From: Bacteroidales bacterium
GTDB lineage: Bacteria > Bacteroidota > Bacteroidia > Bacteroidales > VadinHA17
DNA: 64,000 nt
Direction: 5' to 3'
Assembly (NCBI GenBank): GCA_963662685.1
Contig: OY759745.1
Coordinates: forward strand, 2,309,799-2,373,798
Position numbers and translations under genes: made by a program. The stretch's first letter is position 1, and every line of letters begins with the position of its first letter. Positions 26,844 to 37,275 of the stretch are shown here, piece after piece. The notes beneath the pieces were generated by a model, which had not been told where the DNA came from, did not search any database, and saw only the letters and a list, made by a program, of their open reading frames with translations.

Positions 26844-29156
26844 TCATTTAGCATACATTGCTGTTCTTTCGTCATTGATCACTCCGCTCCAGTTCATGCC
26901 AAAACCGAAGTCGTATACATTTTCCTCACTATCAACATAGCAATCCATATCAAAGGGAACATCTTCATACTGTTCTTCAACGGTTTTCATATTTTTTGGC
27001 ATTTGGAAGGGCAACAAGCCTGAAGGTTCGTATGTGCCGCTCAATACATCAAGAAAAGCCTGGTTTTGTATACCAAAACCTACTAATATCGCATCGGCAT
27101 ACCCTTCAATTTCGCTGAATACCATCTGTTTCGACATACTGACCATAACAACAACGGGTTTGTCTCCCATCTTTCCCTTCATGCTGATAACAGCATCCAT
27201 ATCCGACTTATTAGAGGTAGTTACGGTTTTGTTCTTGTAGCTTCTATTGGTGAAATCTTCATATATGTCGCCTCCGGCGATGCTTACAGCCCTGGCATTT
27301 GTAGCTTTGTAGTCGTTGTATTGAAGACTTATTGGCATATAACCATTCCCACCTTTTTTGGTTTCATTTACATCGTAGCCGGATCCGGAGGAGGGGCTTT
27401 GGATAAATACTATACCGAAATCCGCTTCTTCCGGTGAGTCGACAACTGTGAAATAAGTTTTCAGTGTTTCAGTATTTACCGCATATTCATTGTTCAGGTC
27501 TGGCCTGTTTGCGGTCGTTTGACTTCCGGGTCTTTTTTCAATGTATACTTTTGCCTGTTTAGTTACAGGTAAGGTGTTGTCTTTATTTTTCAGCATCACG
27601 ATGGATTTAACCTGCGCATCATAACCCTCTTTCATAAATTCACTGTTGCCGACAATCTTTTCTGATTCCGACGGGTCAACATATGGATTCTCAAAAAGTC
27701 CGGTGCGGAATATGTTTCTCAGCAATCTTACGGCAGACGTTTCGAACCTTTGGCGCATTGCTTCTTCTCCAAATTCATCAACTCCCATCTGATATGCTTC
27801 AAGTACAGGAACTTTGTCGTTATTGCCACCAAATTGGTCGACTCCCGCCATTATTACCTGAAAGTGCCTTTCAGCTACTGTCTTTGTCTCCATACCCCAA
27901 CATTTTCCAGTAAAAGCCTCTACTGCTTCTTCGTCGGCGGTAATCATCCAGTCGGTGCACACAACTCCATCGTATCCGTATTTGTCTCGTAAAAGGTCGG
28001 TAATAATATAACTGCTGTAGCTGTTTCCAACATTATTGCCTTCTGGATCCACTCCATATGATATAGTGTAGTATGGCATGACCGCTGCCGCCATTTCTGT
28101 CCCATCTTCAAGCCTCATTGCGCCCTCAACAAAGGGGATGATATGCTGACTCAAATTATCGCCCGGGTAAACCGCATATTTACCGTAACCATAGTGAGCG
28201 TCCCTGCCTCCTTCGCCAGAACCTCCACCGGGCCAGTGTTTTATCATAGCGTTTACACTTTGATTTCCCCATTTACCTTCAACAATGTTGCCATCGTATG
28301 TAGTCTGAAAACCATCAGCATAAGCTCTTGCCATATCAGTTGATATCTTGGGGTCTTCTCCAAAAGTGCCGGAAGTTCGACTCCATCGGGGTTCAGTGGC
28401 TATATCAATCTGGGGGGATAAAGCGGTAGAAATGCCAAGAGCCCTGTATTCTAAAGAGGCTATTTGTCCGAACCGCTTAACCAATGATGGGTCAAAAGTA
28501 GCCGCCATACCTAAAGATCCGGGCCACATGGAAATCTTACCACCGTTACCGGCATTATATTCGGCATCTACCGATGCTCCGTTCCGGGGATCGGAGCTGT
28601 TGTTCGCTGGTATTCCCAGGCCCGTTCCTTCAACAAGGGACTGAACTTTGTTGTTCCATTCAGCTGCTATTCTGGGAGATTCGACACTCGTAACCAACAC
28701 ATGTCTGACATTGTCTTCGGTCAGGAATATTTTCTGTTGGTCCGTAATGTCTGAAGCAACGGCACCACTCTCGTTGTACTGTTTGCCATTGTATGTTGCG
28801 CCTCCTCCAAAACCGGAACCAGAGGATGGTATGCTCTGATGACTACTGTAAAGCATCAATCCCGCTATCTGTTCAACAGACATTTTTGATGCCAGGTCCT
28901 TGGCCCTGTCATCGACCGGTAGTCGCCAATCCTCATATACGTCGAGTTCTCCGTTTCTGTTCATATCTTTGAAAGCGAAGCCTTTGTCAGTTATTAACGC
29001 GATGCCTGATGATTGGCTATAGCCAAGGGTTTTACCTCCATTTTGGATTACTTCAACATAACCATCTTTTTCCACTTCTCTCCATTTTGTACAGGACGTA
29101 AAAACAGAGAGAAGTGACACAGCTCCAATGACAGTGGCAATAATTCTGGGTTTCAT
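26844..29156 (-). CDS. Glycoside hydrolase family 3 (beta-glucosidase/BglX-like), lipoprotein
   Basis: The start was chosen at MKPRIIATVIGAVSLLSVFTSC, which carries a lipobox. GH3 blocks: GIPANNSSDPRNG, IKHWPGGG and the nucleophile context GVVCTDWM. Confidence 0.9.
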   Translation of the reverse strand: MKPRIIATVIGAVSLLSVFTSCTKWREVEKDGYVEVIQNGGKTLGYSQSSGIALITDKGFAFKDMNRNGELDVYEDWRLPVDDRAKDLASKMSVEQIAGLMLYSSHQSIPSSGSGFGGGATYNGKQYNESGAVASDITDQQKIFLTEDNVRHVLVTSVESPRIAAEWNNKVQSLVEGTGLGIPANNSSDPRNGASVDAEYNAGNGGKISMWPGSLGMAATFDPSLVKRFGQIASLEYRALGISTALSPQIDIATEPRWSRTSGTFGEDPKISTDMARAYADGFQTTYDGNIVEGKWGNQSVNAMIKHWPGGGSGEGGRDAHYGYGKYAVYPGDNLSQHIIPFVEGAMRLEDGTEMAAAVMPYYTISYGVDPEGNNVGNSYSSYIITDLLRDKYGYDGVVCTDWMITADEEAVEAFTGKCWGMETKTVAERHFQVIMAGVDQFGGNNDKVPVLEAYQMGVDEFGEEAMRQRFETSAVRLLRNIFRTGLFENPYVDPSESEKIVGNSEFMKEGYDAQVKSIVMLKNKDNTLPVTKQAKVYIEKRPGSQTTANRPDLNNEYAVNTETLKTYFTVVDSPEEADFGIVFIQSPSSGSGYDVNETKKGGNGYMPISLQYNDYKATNARAVSIAGGDIYEDFTNRSYKNKTVTTSNKSDMDAVISMKGKMGDKPVVVMVSMSKQMVFSEIEGYADAILVGFGIQNQAFLDVLSGTYEPSGLLPFQMPKNMKTVEEQYEDVPFDMDCYVDSEENVYDFGFGMNWSGVINDERTAMYAK

Positions 29157-29422
29157 TTTTACGGGATTTAATTTTGTTAACAAAAACAAAATTAACAAAA
29201 AGAAATTAATCGCCAACTATTTCGGTAAAGTAGATTCATTATCGGTTTGTTTACGCGGTAATAGCTCTGTTTTAAAAAAAAGAATATATTTGTCGGGTTA
29301 ATTTTAGCTTGTCTGTTAATGTTATGAGTGGTATGGATTGATAGATATGCTGTTTATTGAAATGTAAGAAAATCTGTATTGTTAAATAATCAGGAAATGT
29401 TGAATTATCCAATAGAAATTAT

Positions 29423-30034
29423 ATGAAGAAGGAATTAATGATCATTGGAGCCTTATTGGTGTTGGCCGTGAACGTTGAGGCTCAAAGAATAGGAGGCAAA
29501 GTTGGTATATCTTTGTCAAATGCAAGTGCCGTTGTATCGGGTGATGCACAGGTCTCCGATAATATTATTGGTATGCAGGCCGGTATAATTGGAGAAGCTA
29601 AACTTTTCCCGGCCATTCATGTAAATTCGGGATTACTATTTACGCAGAAAGGTTTTAGCAATGATGTATACGCCCAGCAATTTTATCCTGGTCATATTCA
29701 GGTGAATTATCTTGAAGTTCCTTTGAACTTAGCCGTGAAAGTAGGGGTGGGTTCGTTGAAGATATTTGCCCAGGCGGGTCCTTATGTTGATTACGGTATT
29801 AATGCTAAACACATTTTCGACGATTCGTCAGTAGACCCCTTCAATGTCAGTTTTAATGATGATACTTACCAGATCAAGAGATTGGACTATGGTGCCAATA
29901 TTGGTGCCGGAGTGGAAATAAGCGTTTTACAGATCGGTGCCAATTATAGTTTTGGTATGGATGATATATCTGATGCCGAGAACATTGAAATCACTAACGG
30001 TGTTTTTGGTGTTTGGGCGGCTATGTTGTTTTGA
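29423..30034 (+). CDS. Small outer-membrane beta-barrel protein (porin-family / OMP_b-brl_2 type)
   Basis: Signal peptide, VNYLEVPLNLAVKVG motif, alternating hydrophobic strands and a C-terminal aromatic residue (F). Confidence 0.7.
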   Translation: MKKELMIIGALLVLAVNVEAQRIGGKVGISLSNASAVVSGDAQVSDNIIGMQAGIIGEAKLFPAIHVNSGLLFTQKGFSNDVYAQQFYPGHIQVNYLEVPLNLAVKVGVGSLKIFAQAGPYVDYGINAKHIFDDSSVDPFNVSFNDDTYQIKRLDYGANIGAGVEISVLQIGANYSFGMDDISDAENIEITNGVFGVWAAMLF

Positions 30035-30050
30035 TATGAAGATATTATTT

Positions 30051-30090
30051 AAAAATTAAGGCTTCCTGGTTTTTGGAAGCCTTAATTTTT
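30051..30090. terminator. Bidirectional terminator between the OMP gene and corA
   Basis: AAAAATTAAGGCTTCCtggtttttGGAAGCCTTAATTTTT, a 16-bp stem including the A/T runs. Confidence 0.8.
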
Positions 30091-30125
30091 GTCCTGTATC
30101 TCTGTTTATTCTGTAATTTAGTCGT

Positions 30126-31055
30126 TTATAGCCACTGTCGTTTTTTAAAGACAAGTACAAATGTACTTACAATTAGTATTGAACCGAAGATAATCGCGGG
30201 CAAAGCCCATATGGTATGCTCCATAAAGTTAGGTACGTTCATCCCGAAAATACTGGCTACAAGTGTTGGTATCATCATGATAATCGAGATTAGCGTTAAC
30301 TGCTTCATAACTACATTAAGATTATTGGAAATAATCGATGCGAAAGCATCCATCATGCCGCTCTGTATATCGGAATATATCTGGGCCATCTCCAATGCCT
30401 GTTTGTTTTCAATTATCGCGTCTTCCAACAGATCCTCGTTAATCTCCGTGGTAATCTTTTTAGACGTCCTCAACCTGGCCAGCACTATTTCATTTGCCTT
30501 TATGGATGTAATAAAATAGACAAGACACTTTTCCATTTTAAGCAGTTTGTTCAACTCTTTGTTTTTTATGGATTTTTCAAGGTCCTGTTCAATTGCGGAT
30601 GTCATTTGATTAATCTGTTTCAAATAGGTGAGATACAGACTGCCGGATCTGAGAAAGAGACGAAGAATAAAATTAATATTATCGGAGATCTGTTTATACT
30701 GTTCTCTTAGTGGCGTTGGTTGTCCGATAGGCAGAATGTCGTTATCCTGGAGACAGAGCGTAAGAGTCAGATTTTCGGTAATGAAAATTCCCAGTGGCAT
30801 TGTGTGAAACGGCAGGCCGTTATTCTTAACAACTACCGGAATACGCATGATAATTAGTGTCCAGTTGTCCTCAAACTCAATACGCGGACGTTCATCAACA
30901 TCAAGAATGTCGTTGATCGAATCAATAGGCATTCCGAACTCATCCTCAATCTGCTTAATCTCATTCTGGCTTGGATTGGTCACATTTATCCAACAACCAT
31001 GTTCTAGTTCCGGTACCTCAATATACCCTCCAAATGTTTTGAAGATTTTAATCAT
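30126..31055 (-). CDS. corA: CorA family magnesium/cobalt transporter
   Basis: The C-terminus has two TM helices with the signature FGMNVP (GMN motif). Length is 309 aa. Confidence 0.9.
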   Translation of the reverse strand: MIKIFKTFGGYIEVPELEHGCWINVTNPSQNEIKQIEDEFGMPIDSINDILDVDERPRIEFEDNWTLIIMRIPVVVKNNGLPFHTMPLGIFITENLTLTLCLQDNDILPIGQPTPLREQYKQISDNINFILRLFLRSGSLYLTYLKQINQMTSAIEQDLEKSIKNKELNKLLKMEKCLVYFITSIKANEIVLARLRTSKKITTEINEDLLEDAIIENKQALEMAQIYSDIQSGMMDAFASIISNNLNVVMKQLTLISIIMMIPTLVASIFGMNVPNFMEHTIWALPAIIFGSILIVSTFVLVFKKRQWL

Positions 31056-31061
31056 GATATC

Positions 31062-31104
31062 TCTCCTTACATTATATCCGTAAGGAGACGCGACGACCCC
31101 TTAC
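31062..31104 (-). promoter_or_regulatory. corA 5' leader switch: two mutually exclusive hairpins, one sequestering a strong SD
   Basis: Minus strand: GTAAGGGG-tcgtcgcg-TCTCCTTAC-ggatataat-GTAAGGAGA-gatatc-ATG. The middle segment can pair either upstream (8 bp including one G-U) or downstream (9 bp). The downstream pairing buries AAGGAGA, which sits 6 nt before the ATG. Confidence 0.5.
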
Positions 31105-31177
31105 AGATGTGTTATTATTATTTTCTGACTATGATACGGGCCTTCGTCCATTTTGATCATTATTCTGATTTCGGTTG

Positions 31178-31185
31178 CAAAAGTA
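31178..31185 (-). promoter_or_regulatory. -7 promoter box TACTTTTG (minus strand) for corA
   Basis: Exact TAnnTTTG about 120 nt upstream of the corA ATG. This implies an unusually long leader compared with the 16-46 nt from box to ATG at the other box-containing genes here. Confidence 0.4.
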
Positions 31186-31590
31186 CACTTTTTTCGCGGA
31201 AATCCTCGTTTATAGCTTTTTTTTTGAGCTATATGTCATCTCAGGTAATTATTAATCCTTCAGAAAATATACAGCCGTGGAGACAACTCGTAATGTTTTG
31301 ATATGTGGAGTATTCTGGTCGTGGTTAGAGATCGACATCTGTCCTTTACTGGCGCTTTTTATTTTTAGCGCTTTTGTAATTACATATTAACAGGCCGATC
31401 ATCAATTTAAAACTCATATAGCCGTTTTAATAACAGATGAAGTTTATTCATTTACACTTATCTAATAACCGGATGAAAAATTCTATGATCGTTTTAAGAT
31501 TCACATAATTAAGCTAAAGGTATTACTTATAAGGGACACTATAATCATATTTATTATATTTTTTTAGTAAGCGCAACCAAAGCTCTTTAG

Positions 31591-31598
31591 TATATTTG
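31591..31598 (+). promoter_or_regulatory. -7 promoter box TATATTTG for the glycosyltransferase gene
   Basis: Exact TAnnTTTG, 34 nt upstream of the ATG at 31633. Confidence 0.45.
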
Positions 31599-31632
31599 AA
31601 GGTCATACAGATGGCGGTATTTTTTCTATAAT

Positions 31633-32760
31633 ATGATATTTATGACTGATTCTGAGCGTTACGGCAATGATGGGATTTTGGGGAATGTGCTTTTTCTCAG
31701 CAACTTCACCGGGGCTACTTTTACGTTTATAGCGGACAGGGAGTTGATTATCGGACTGACGAGAAAAGGATTCAATATGTTTACCGTTGCCTATGAAAAA
31801 CGTCCGGAAATCAAATTAATGGAGGATAACGGCGTTTCTGTCGCTTATCTTGACGCTGGTTCCGATAACATGAGCAATCATGAAGAATTGCGTTCATTGA
31901 TTGTTAACAATGGGATAGATATTGTCCATGTTACTTATAGCAAGGCTCTCAAAAGCGTGCTTAAAGCTACAAAAGGTCTGGACACTAAAATTGTTACTTT
32001 TTATGGGTCTTTCGGCCTCCATTGGCACGATCCTTCAGCATGGTTCTCATATCTGCACCCCAGGATAGATAAGATAATTTGTGTAAGCGATGCGGTGGAA
32101 AATCATGTAAAGAAGCAGCTTCCCAGGGGACGAAGAAACAAAACCGTAAGAATATACAGAGGTTATGATGTTTCCTGGTTTTCAGGTTTGGAGCCGGTGA
32201 GCAGGAAAGACCTCGGTGTTTCCATCGATGATTTTCTGGTTTGTTCTATAGCTATAGTCAGAAAGATTAAGGGAATGGAGTTTCTGATCGATACGGCCAA
32301 CTATATTCCCAATGATATACCTGTTAAAATAATGTTGGTGGGTACTGGAACTGACTCGGAGAAGATAAGAAGGAGAGTAGCTTTAACGAAAAGACCGGAT
32401 ATTTTTTTGTTGATTGGCCACGCTTCACTCTCTCCACGCTATGCGGCCGCATGTGATCTATATATCCAGCCTTCTGTCAGCGAGGGTCTTGGGAGGGCAA
32501 TAATTGAGGCTATGTGTCTCGGTAAACCTGTGATAGCGACAAACGGAGGCGGCCTGGTAGAGCTATTCGATAAAGGTGACAGCAATATAGTTCCGCACTC
32601 GAACGCAAAGGCTTTGGCTGATAAAATTGTTGAGTGCTTTCATGATAGTTACAATCTTGAAGAGAGAGGAGTCAGGGCAAAAGAGAGGATTAACACATAT
32701 TTTAATTTAGCGTCGACTGTTCAAATGACAGGCTCCGTTTATAAGGATCTTCTTGGATAA
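31633..32760 (+). CDS. Glycosyltransferase family 4 (GT-B fold)
   Basis: C-terminal GT1/GT4 signature PSVSEGLGRAIIEAMCLGKPVIATNGGG. Confidence 0.82.
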   Translation: MIFMTDSERYGNDGILGNVLFLSNFTGATFTFIADRELIIGLTRKGFNMFTVAYEKRPEIKLMEDNGVSVAYLDAGSDNMSNHEELRSLIVNNGIDIVHVTYSKALKSVLKATKGLDTKIVTFYGSFGLHWHDPSAWFSYLHPRIDKIICVSDAVENHVKKQLPRGRRNKTVRIYRGYDVSWFSGLEPVSRKDLGVSIDDFLVCSIAIVRKIKGMEFLIDTANYIPNDIPVKIMLVGTGTDSEKIRRRVALTKRPDIFLLIGHASLSPRYAAACDLYIQPSVSEGLGRAIIEAMCLGKPVIATNGGGLVELFDKGDSNIVPHSNAKALADKIVECFHDSYNLEERGVRAKERINTYFNLASTVQMTGSVYKDLLG

Positions 32761-32875
32761 TTAGTAAGCTATTACTGTTTTATTAACATCAAAAAATGTT
32801 AATGTGGGTATTTTTTGCTTTATAGTTAGCCGTTAAATACTAGAATCATATATTTTTGCGAAAATCAAAAAAGCG

Positions 32876-34174
32876 ATGGCCGCTAAAAGAAAGTTGATAC
32901 TGTTTGTTTTATTGATTATTGTTACCAGTTATAATCCAATTGCGCTTGAGACGGCCGTTGCTCCGGACTATCTGTTGGTGCCTGAAAATATCAGACTTAT
33001 TAATAGCTATTCATCTTCCCCTGATTTCGCTTCAGCGGAAAAGAACATCTTTTCATTAATGCGGAAATGGTCCATGACCGGGGCATCAGTGGTTATTGCC
33101 AAAGATGGAAAAATAGTATATGCCAAAGGCTTTGGAGTTACTGATACTGCGACTCGTGAAGAAGTTCAGCCATATCACCGTTTCAGGGTTGCCAGTATAT
33201 CGAAACTTGTTACGGCGACAGCTATTATGAAAATGGTCGAGGAGGGTAAAGTATCCCTGGATGACAAGGTGTTCGGGCCGTTGGCCATATTGAATGATCC
33301 ATATTTCGGCCAACCTAAAGATAAGAGGGTGTATGAAATAACCGTGGAGAATTTGCTTACTCATGAGGGGGGGTGGTCTCAACGTTATGGCGACCAGATG
33401 TTTATGCCCGTAACGGTTGCCGAAAAAATGGGAGTGAGGCCCCCCGCGGATACTAAGACTATTGTCCGTTTCGCTCTTGACAGGAATCTGCATTTTACTC
33501 CCGGGAAGGGAAGATCATATTCTAACCTTGGTTACAGCATTCTTGGACTGGTTATTGAAAAAGTTTCCGGGATGCCTTATGAGAAGTATTGCAGGGAGGA
33601 GGTACTTGAACCGATTGGTATTTTTGATATGTGGCTTGGGCATAACCTTCAAACTGATAAAGCCCCCTATGAGGTTTCTTATTTTACTCCGTCAGATATA
33701 TTATTGAAGCCATCTATCTATGGCACGGGAGAGTTGTTGAATCCATGCGATGGAGGGAACGACATTGAAGCTCTGGGTGGTGCCGGTGCATGGATAGCTA
33801 CCGCATCTGATCTTATGAGACTTCTTTTGTCTCTTGATGGCTTTGATAGTTTTCCTGATATTTTATCTTCTGAAAGTCTGGCTTTTATGACAAGTCAGGT
33901 TAACGGTGAGGGTCCTATTGGATGGAAGTCAACCCTGAATAACGGTGTTTGGACCAGAACCGGTTCATTCCCCGGCACTTCAGGTATGATGCGCAGGATG
34001 CCTGACGGTACGGAATGGGTTATATTGTTCAACAGCAGTTCGTGGAACGGTCCGCAGATACAATCTTACGTGAGTGCCGCTATGTCGAGGTTTATACGCC
34101 AGGTAAAGGAGTGGCCTACGACAGATTTAAATGACCATTATCTGCCTGTACCATTAATGGCCGATTTCGACTGA
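32876..34174 (+). CDS. Serine hydrolase, beta-lactamase/transpeptidase-like (class C-related) family
   Basis: SxxK motif in FRVASISKLVTATAIM, followed by YSNLGY (the Y-x-N region). An N-terminal hydrophobic anchor is present. Confidence 0.82.
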   Translation: MAAKRKLILFVLLIIVTSYNPIALETAVAPDYLLVPENIRLINSYSSSPDFASAEKNIFSLMRKWSMTGASVVIAKDGKIVYAKGFGVTDTATREEVQPYHRFRVASISKLVTATAIMKMVEEGKVSLDDKVFGPLAILNDPYFGQPKDKRVYEITVENLLTHEGGWSQRYGDQMFMPVTVAEKMGVRPPADTKTIVRFALDRNLHFTPGKGRSYSNLGYSILGLVIEKVSGMPYEKYCREEVLEPIGIFDMWLGHNLQTDKAPYEVSYFTPSDILLKPSIYGTGELLNPCDGGNDIEALGGAGAWIATASDLMRLLLSLDGFDSFPDILSSESLAFMTSQVNGEGPIGWKSTLNNGVWTRTGSFPGTSGMMRRMPDGTEWVILFNSSSWNGPQIQSYVSAAMSRFIRQVKEWPTTDLNDHYLPVPLMADFD

Positions 34175-37120
34175 TCACCCAATTATTCCGAGTACAGACT
34201 TTTTATCAAGGTCAGCGATAGGATTATTGGAAGCGACAAAATTTTCGGCCAGACTTGATTTCTTCGACTGTAATGTATGTATCTTTTCTTCAATAGTCCC
34301 TTCCGAAATATATCTGTAAACGAAAACGGCCTTGCTCTGTCCAATCCTATGGGCTCTGCCTATAGCCTGATGTTCGGAAGCCGGATTCCACCACGGATCC
34401 AGTATCAGTACATAATCGGCCCTGGTAAGATTTAATCCTACTCCTCCTGCTTTTAATGAGATCAGGAACACCTGTTTTGACTTGTCATTGTTGAATTCTG
34501 ATATCACCTTTTCTCTTCCTGTTGTCGTTCCGGTCAGATATGAATAACCGATCCCTTGTATTTTTAGCCATTCGGCGAACCGATCCAGATGTTTTACGAA
34601 CGAAGAGAAAATAAGTATTTTGTGTTTTTCTGAGGTAATGCTAACGATATCTTCTTTAACTCTTTGGAACTTACCGGACAAGGATCTGTAATCAGGGTCA
34701 ATCAGTATAGGATGGTTCGCTATCTGTCTCAATTTTGTAAGTCCTTGTATAATAACAATAGCCGGATTCCCGGTTTCATTGCTGTTGAAACTTTCGAGAA
34801 TAGTGTTTCTGACAGCTGACTTCTCACGGTCGTACACTTTTGATTGCTCTTCCGTCATATCGCATAGGATTGTGTATTCGGTAACCGGTGGCAGTTCTTT
34901 TTCGACCATCTCTTTTGTTCGGCGCATTATAAATGGCTTGATGATTTTTTGGAGTTTGGCCTTTTTTCCATTATCATTCTGGCTCTCTATCGGCGTGACA
35001 AATTCCCTTTTGAAGTAATTAAAAGAGCCAAGTAATCCGGGGTTGATAAAGTTTAGCTGCGACCAAAGGTCCATTAACGAATTTTCCATTGGGGTACCGG
35101 AAAGGACTATTCTGTGTTTGCCTCTGAGTTTAACGACAGCTTTGTATATTAGTGAAGATGGGTTTTTAATTTGTTGACTTTCGTCGAGTATTATGCTGTC
35201 AAATCTAAAGCAGTTCAACAGCTCTATGTCGGCTCTGACGATATTGTATGTAGAGATAATGATATCATATAAGGCGAAAGTCGAGGTGGTTTTTGTCCTT
35301 GTTGGTCCCTGGTGAATGAGAACACTCATATCGGGACAAAACCGGTGGATTTCATTGAACCAGTTATGCGCCAATGAAGCGGGAACAACTATTAGTGAAG
35401 TTGGATGTTTATCTGTTTTGTTGAACAATGAGAGTTGTCCCCCGAACATATCAGTTTGAAAATCTTCTTCCTTTTTATTTTCCCTGTTCCATTGCATCAG
35501 GGCCAGCACTTGTAATGTTTTTCCCAGTCCCATATCATCGGCCAAGCATCCTCCAAGGTTATTCTCCCGTAAAAGGTGTAGCCATCTGAATCCCTCTTTC
35601 TGGTAATCGCGAAGTTTCGCTTTAAAACGGGAAGGAGTAGCAATTTTTTGTAAATTCTCCGGCAGGAGTAGTTTTTTGAGTTTTAATGACAACTCGTTGT
35701 CTTCGTTTTCTATTACCTCCTTGAAAATGCCGAAGTGTTGTTTATGCAGTCTGATAGATTCCTCTCTCTCCTGACCCATTTCAAAAAGTCCTTTATAACG
35801 CTGAAACCACTCTGCGGGAAGAACGGCATAGGTACCGTCGGGTAACAGGTATTCCCTTTCACCAGACAGAATATTTTTTTTTAGTTTTATAAACGGAAAA
35901 GAATACTCGCCAACCTTTACAATAGCTTTCAGGTCGAACCAGTCATTTGCCGCGGCGTGTTTTATTTCAAGATTTACCGGAAGCAGGGAAAATGACCGGT
36001 CGAGACTACCCGTCCTTATAATTAATCCTTTATTCGTAAGGGCATCGTTGTTTTCCGCTATTGTCTCTATCAGTGCTAACAATAAAACTTTTGTATCGTC
36101 ATTGTTATTTGAGGCAGTATAGTTAATGCCATCTTCAGAGTTTAATCCTATTTCTTCCAGTAATGCCGCACAATCCGATTCCCATTGGTGGTCCCTTTTG
36201 ATTCTGGAAAACAGAAACTCTCCGGAAGATGAAGAGAAGTCGGTGAACCCGTCGCTGGTATCATAAAAAAAGACAGTGTGCCTCCCGTATAAAAATTTAA
36301 GGATTGCTACGGGTAATCCTTTTATATCCTGCTCAATAGTCAGCACCGCCTGTTTTGAGGGGATTTCTTCCCTGACAGAAAATCCTTCAGCGACAACTTT
36401 GTGCCTGTTTATTATTCCCTTGACAAAAGTGTCGTAATACTTTTTTTCCGCGGTTGCCGGTATATTGATCACCCTGTTTTTGAAGAACGGCTTTAGTTTG
36501 TTGCCGTCTATGTCAGCTACATTAAAAATAGTCTTATTTAGCCTGATATTGCACTGATTGTTGGTAATTATCTCCGCATCACCTTTATATATCTCTACTT
36601 TTTCACCTGAATGTTCAATTGTAAGATTATAATGGCTGAAACCCTCTCCTCTTGAAAAGCTGAACAGGGGTGTAGCCTGCTCTGTTGGAATTGATAGCTG
36701 GTCGCCGAAGTGTAAGGTTTGTCCGGTCCGTTGTTTAAGGAAAATGGGTGTTGATTCATTACGGGCGATTTCCAGTGCCAGATAAATCTGTTTTTCAATG
36801 TAAGGCCTTATCCTTCCGGAAATGAACTCCTGGGACACCGTTTCCGAGAACTCCTTTATATTTTTATGCTTTGAAAAAATTTTGAACAAATTTTGTTCGT
36901 TATATTTGTTAATATACGAATAAATCTCCAGTTCCTCAGGTGTGAGAAAAGAGAGGGCATTGTCGCCGGAAGATGGCGTTATTGTGGAATATATCTCAAA
37001 GAATTTCTTATTCGCCGAATATTTTATTATACAAGGAGTTAGCACTGATCCCCATCTTCTGCTGGCTGAGAGCGTGAGCCCGAAGAAACTTTGTGGTGGA
37101 ATTGCGTGCCCGTTATACAT
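34175..37120 (-). CDS. SNF2-family (RapA/HepA-like) DEAD/H helicase-ATPase
   Basis: LADDMGLGKTLQ (motif I), ILDESQQIKN (motif II), and SLKAGGVGLNLT...DPWWNPA.E.QA.GRAHRIGQ (motifs V-VI). Its stop codon abuts the stop of the convergent hydrolase gene with a 0-nt spacer. Confidence 0.9.
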   Translation of the reverse strand: MYNGHAIPPQSFFGLTLSASRRWGSVLTPCIIKYSANKKFFEIYSTITPSSGDNALSFLTPEELEIYSYINKYNEQNLFKIFSKHKNIKEFSETVSQEFISGRIRPYIEKQIYLALEIARNESTPIFLKQRTGQTLHFGDQLSIPTEQATPLFSFSRGEGFSHYNLTIEHSGEKVEIYKGDAEIITNNQCNIRLNKTIFNVADIDGNKLKPFFKNRVINIPATAEKKYYDTFVKGIINRHKVVAEGFSVREEIPSKQAVLTIEQDIKGLPVAILKFLYGRHTVFFYDTSDGFTDFSSSSGEFLFSRIKRDHQWESDCAALLEEIGLNSEDGINYTASNNNDDTKVLLLALIETIAENNDALTNKGLIIRTGSLDRSFSLLPVNLEIKHAAANDWFDLKAIVKVGEYSFPFIKLKKNILSGEREYLLPDGTYAVLPAEWFQRYKGLFEMGQEREESIRLHKQHFGIFKEVIENEDNELSLKLKKLLLPENLQKIATPSRFKAKLRDYQKEGFRWLHLLRENNLGGCLADDMGLGKTLQVLALMQWNRENKKEEDFQTDMFGGQLSLFNKTDKHPTSLIVVPASLAHNWFNEIHRFCPDMSVLIHQGPTRTKTTSTFALYDIIISTYNIVRADIELLNCFRFDSIILDESQQIKNPSSLIYKAVVKLRGKHRIVLSGTPMENSLMDLWSQLNFINPGLLGSFNYFKREFVTPIESQNDNGKKAKLQKIIKPFIMRRTKEMVEKELPPVTEYTILCDMTEEQSKVYDREKSAVRNTILESFNSNETGNPAIVIIQGLTKLRQIANHPILIDPDYRSLSGKFQRVKEDIVSITSEKHKILIFSSFVKHLDRFAEWLKIQGIGYSYLTGTTTGREKVISEFNNDKSKQVFLISLKAGGVGLNLTRADYVLILDPWWNPASEHQAIGRAHRIGQSKAVFVYRYISEGTIEEKIHTLQSKKSSLAENFVASNNPIADLDKKSVLGIIG

Positions 37121-37275
37121 TGTCCTGTTCCTTCTGTTTCTTGATACCTTATTCAGGAAGAAAAAAAATATAAGCCGTACTATTCATGAGTAGATTATAA
37201 TACGTTACTTCCTTCCTTGCTGGCGCCCAGGAAGCCGTTGGAGGTTCTTTTCCCGGCGACTATTTTAGAATATAG

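Noticed and set aside
31107-31301. 64-aa plus-strand ORF in the corA-glycosyltransferase intergenic region
   Set aside because: It is Phe/Ser/Tyr-rich with no start context. It overlaps the predicted corA leader and promoter on the other strand and is most likely non-coding.
31056-31330. M-box (ykoK) or other known Mg2+ riboswitch upstream of corA
   Set aside because: I could not recognise conserved M-box sequence blocks by eye, and that class is mainly outside Bacteroidota. Only the alternative-hairpin observation is retained. An Rfam scan is needed to settle the question.
34172-34177. Zero-nucleotide spacing between the stop codons of the convergent serine-hydrolase and SNF2 genes (ctgatca)
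   Set aside because: It is real in the sequence but probably just compact genome organisation. No terminator can fit, so transcripts likely overlap. I see no further functional implication.
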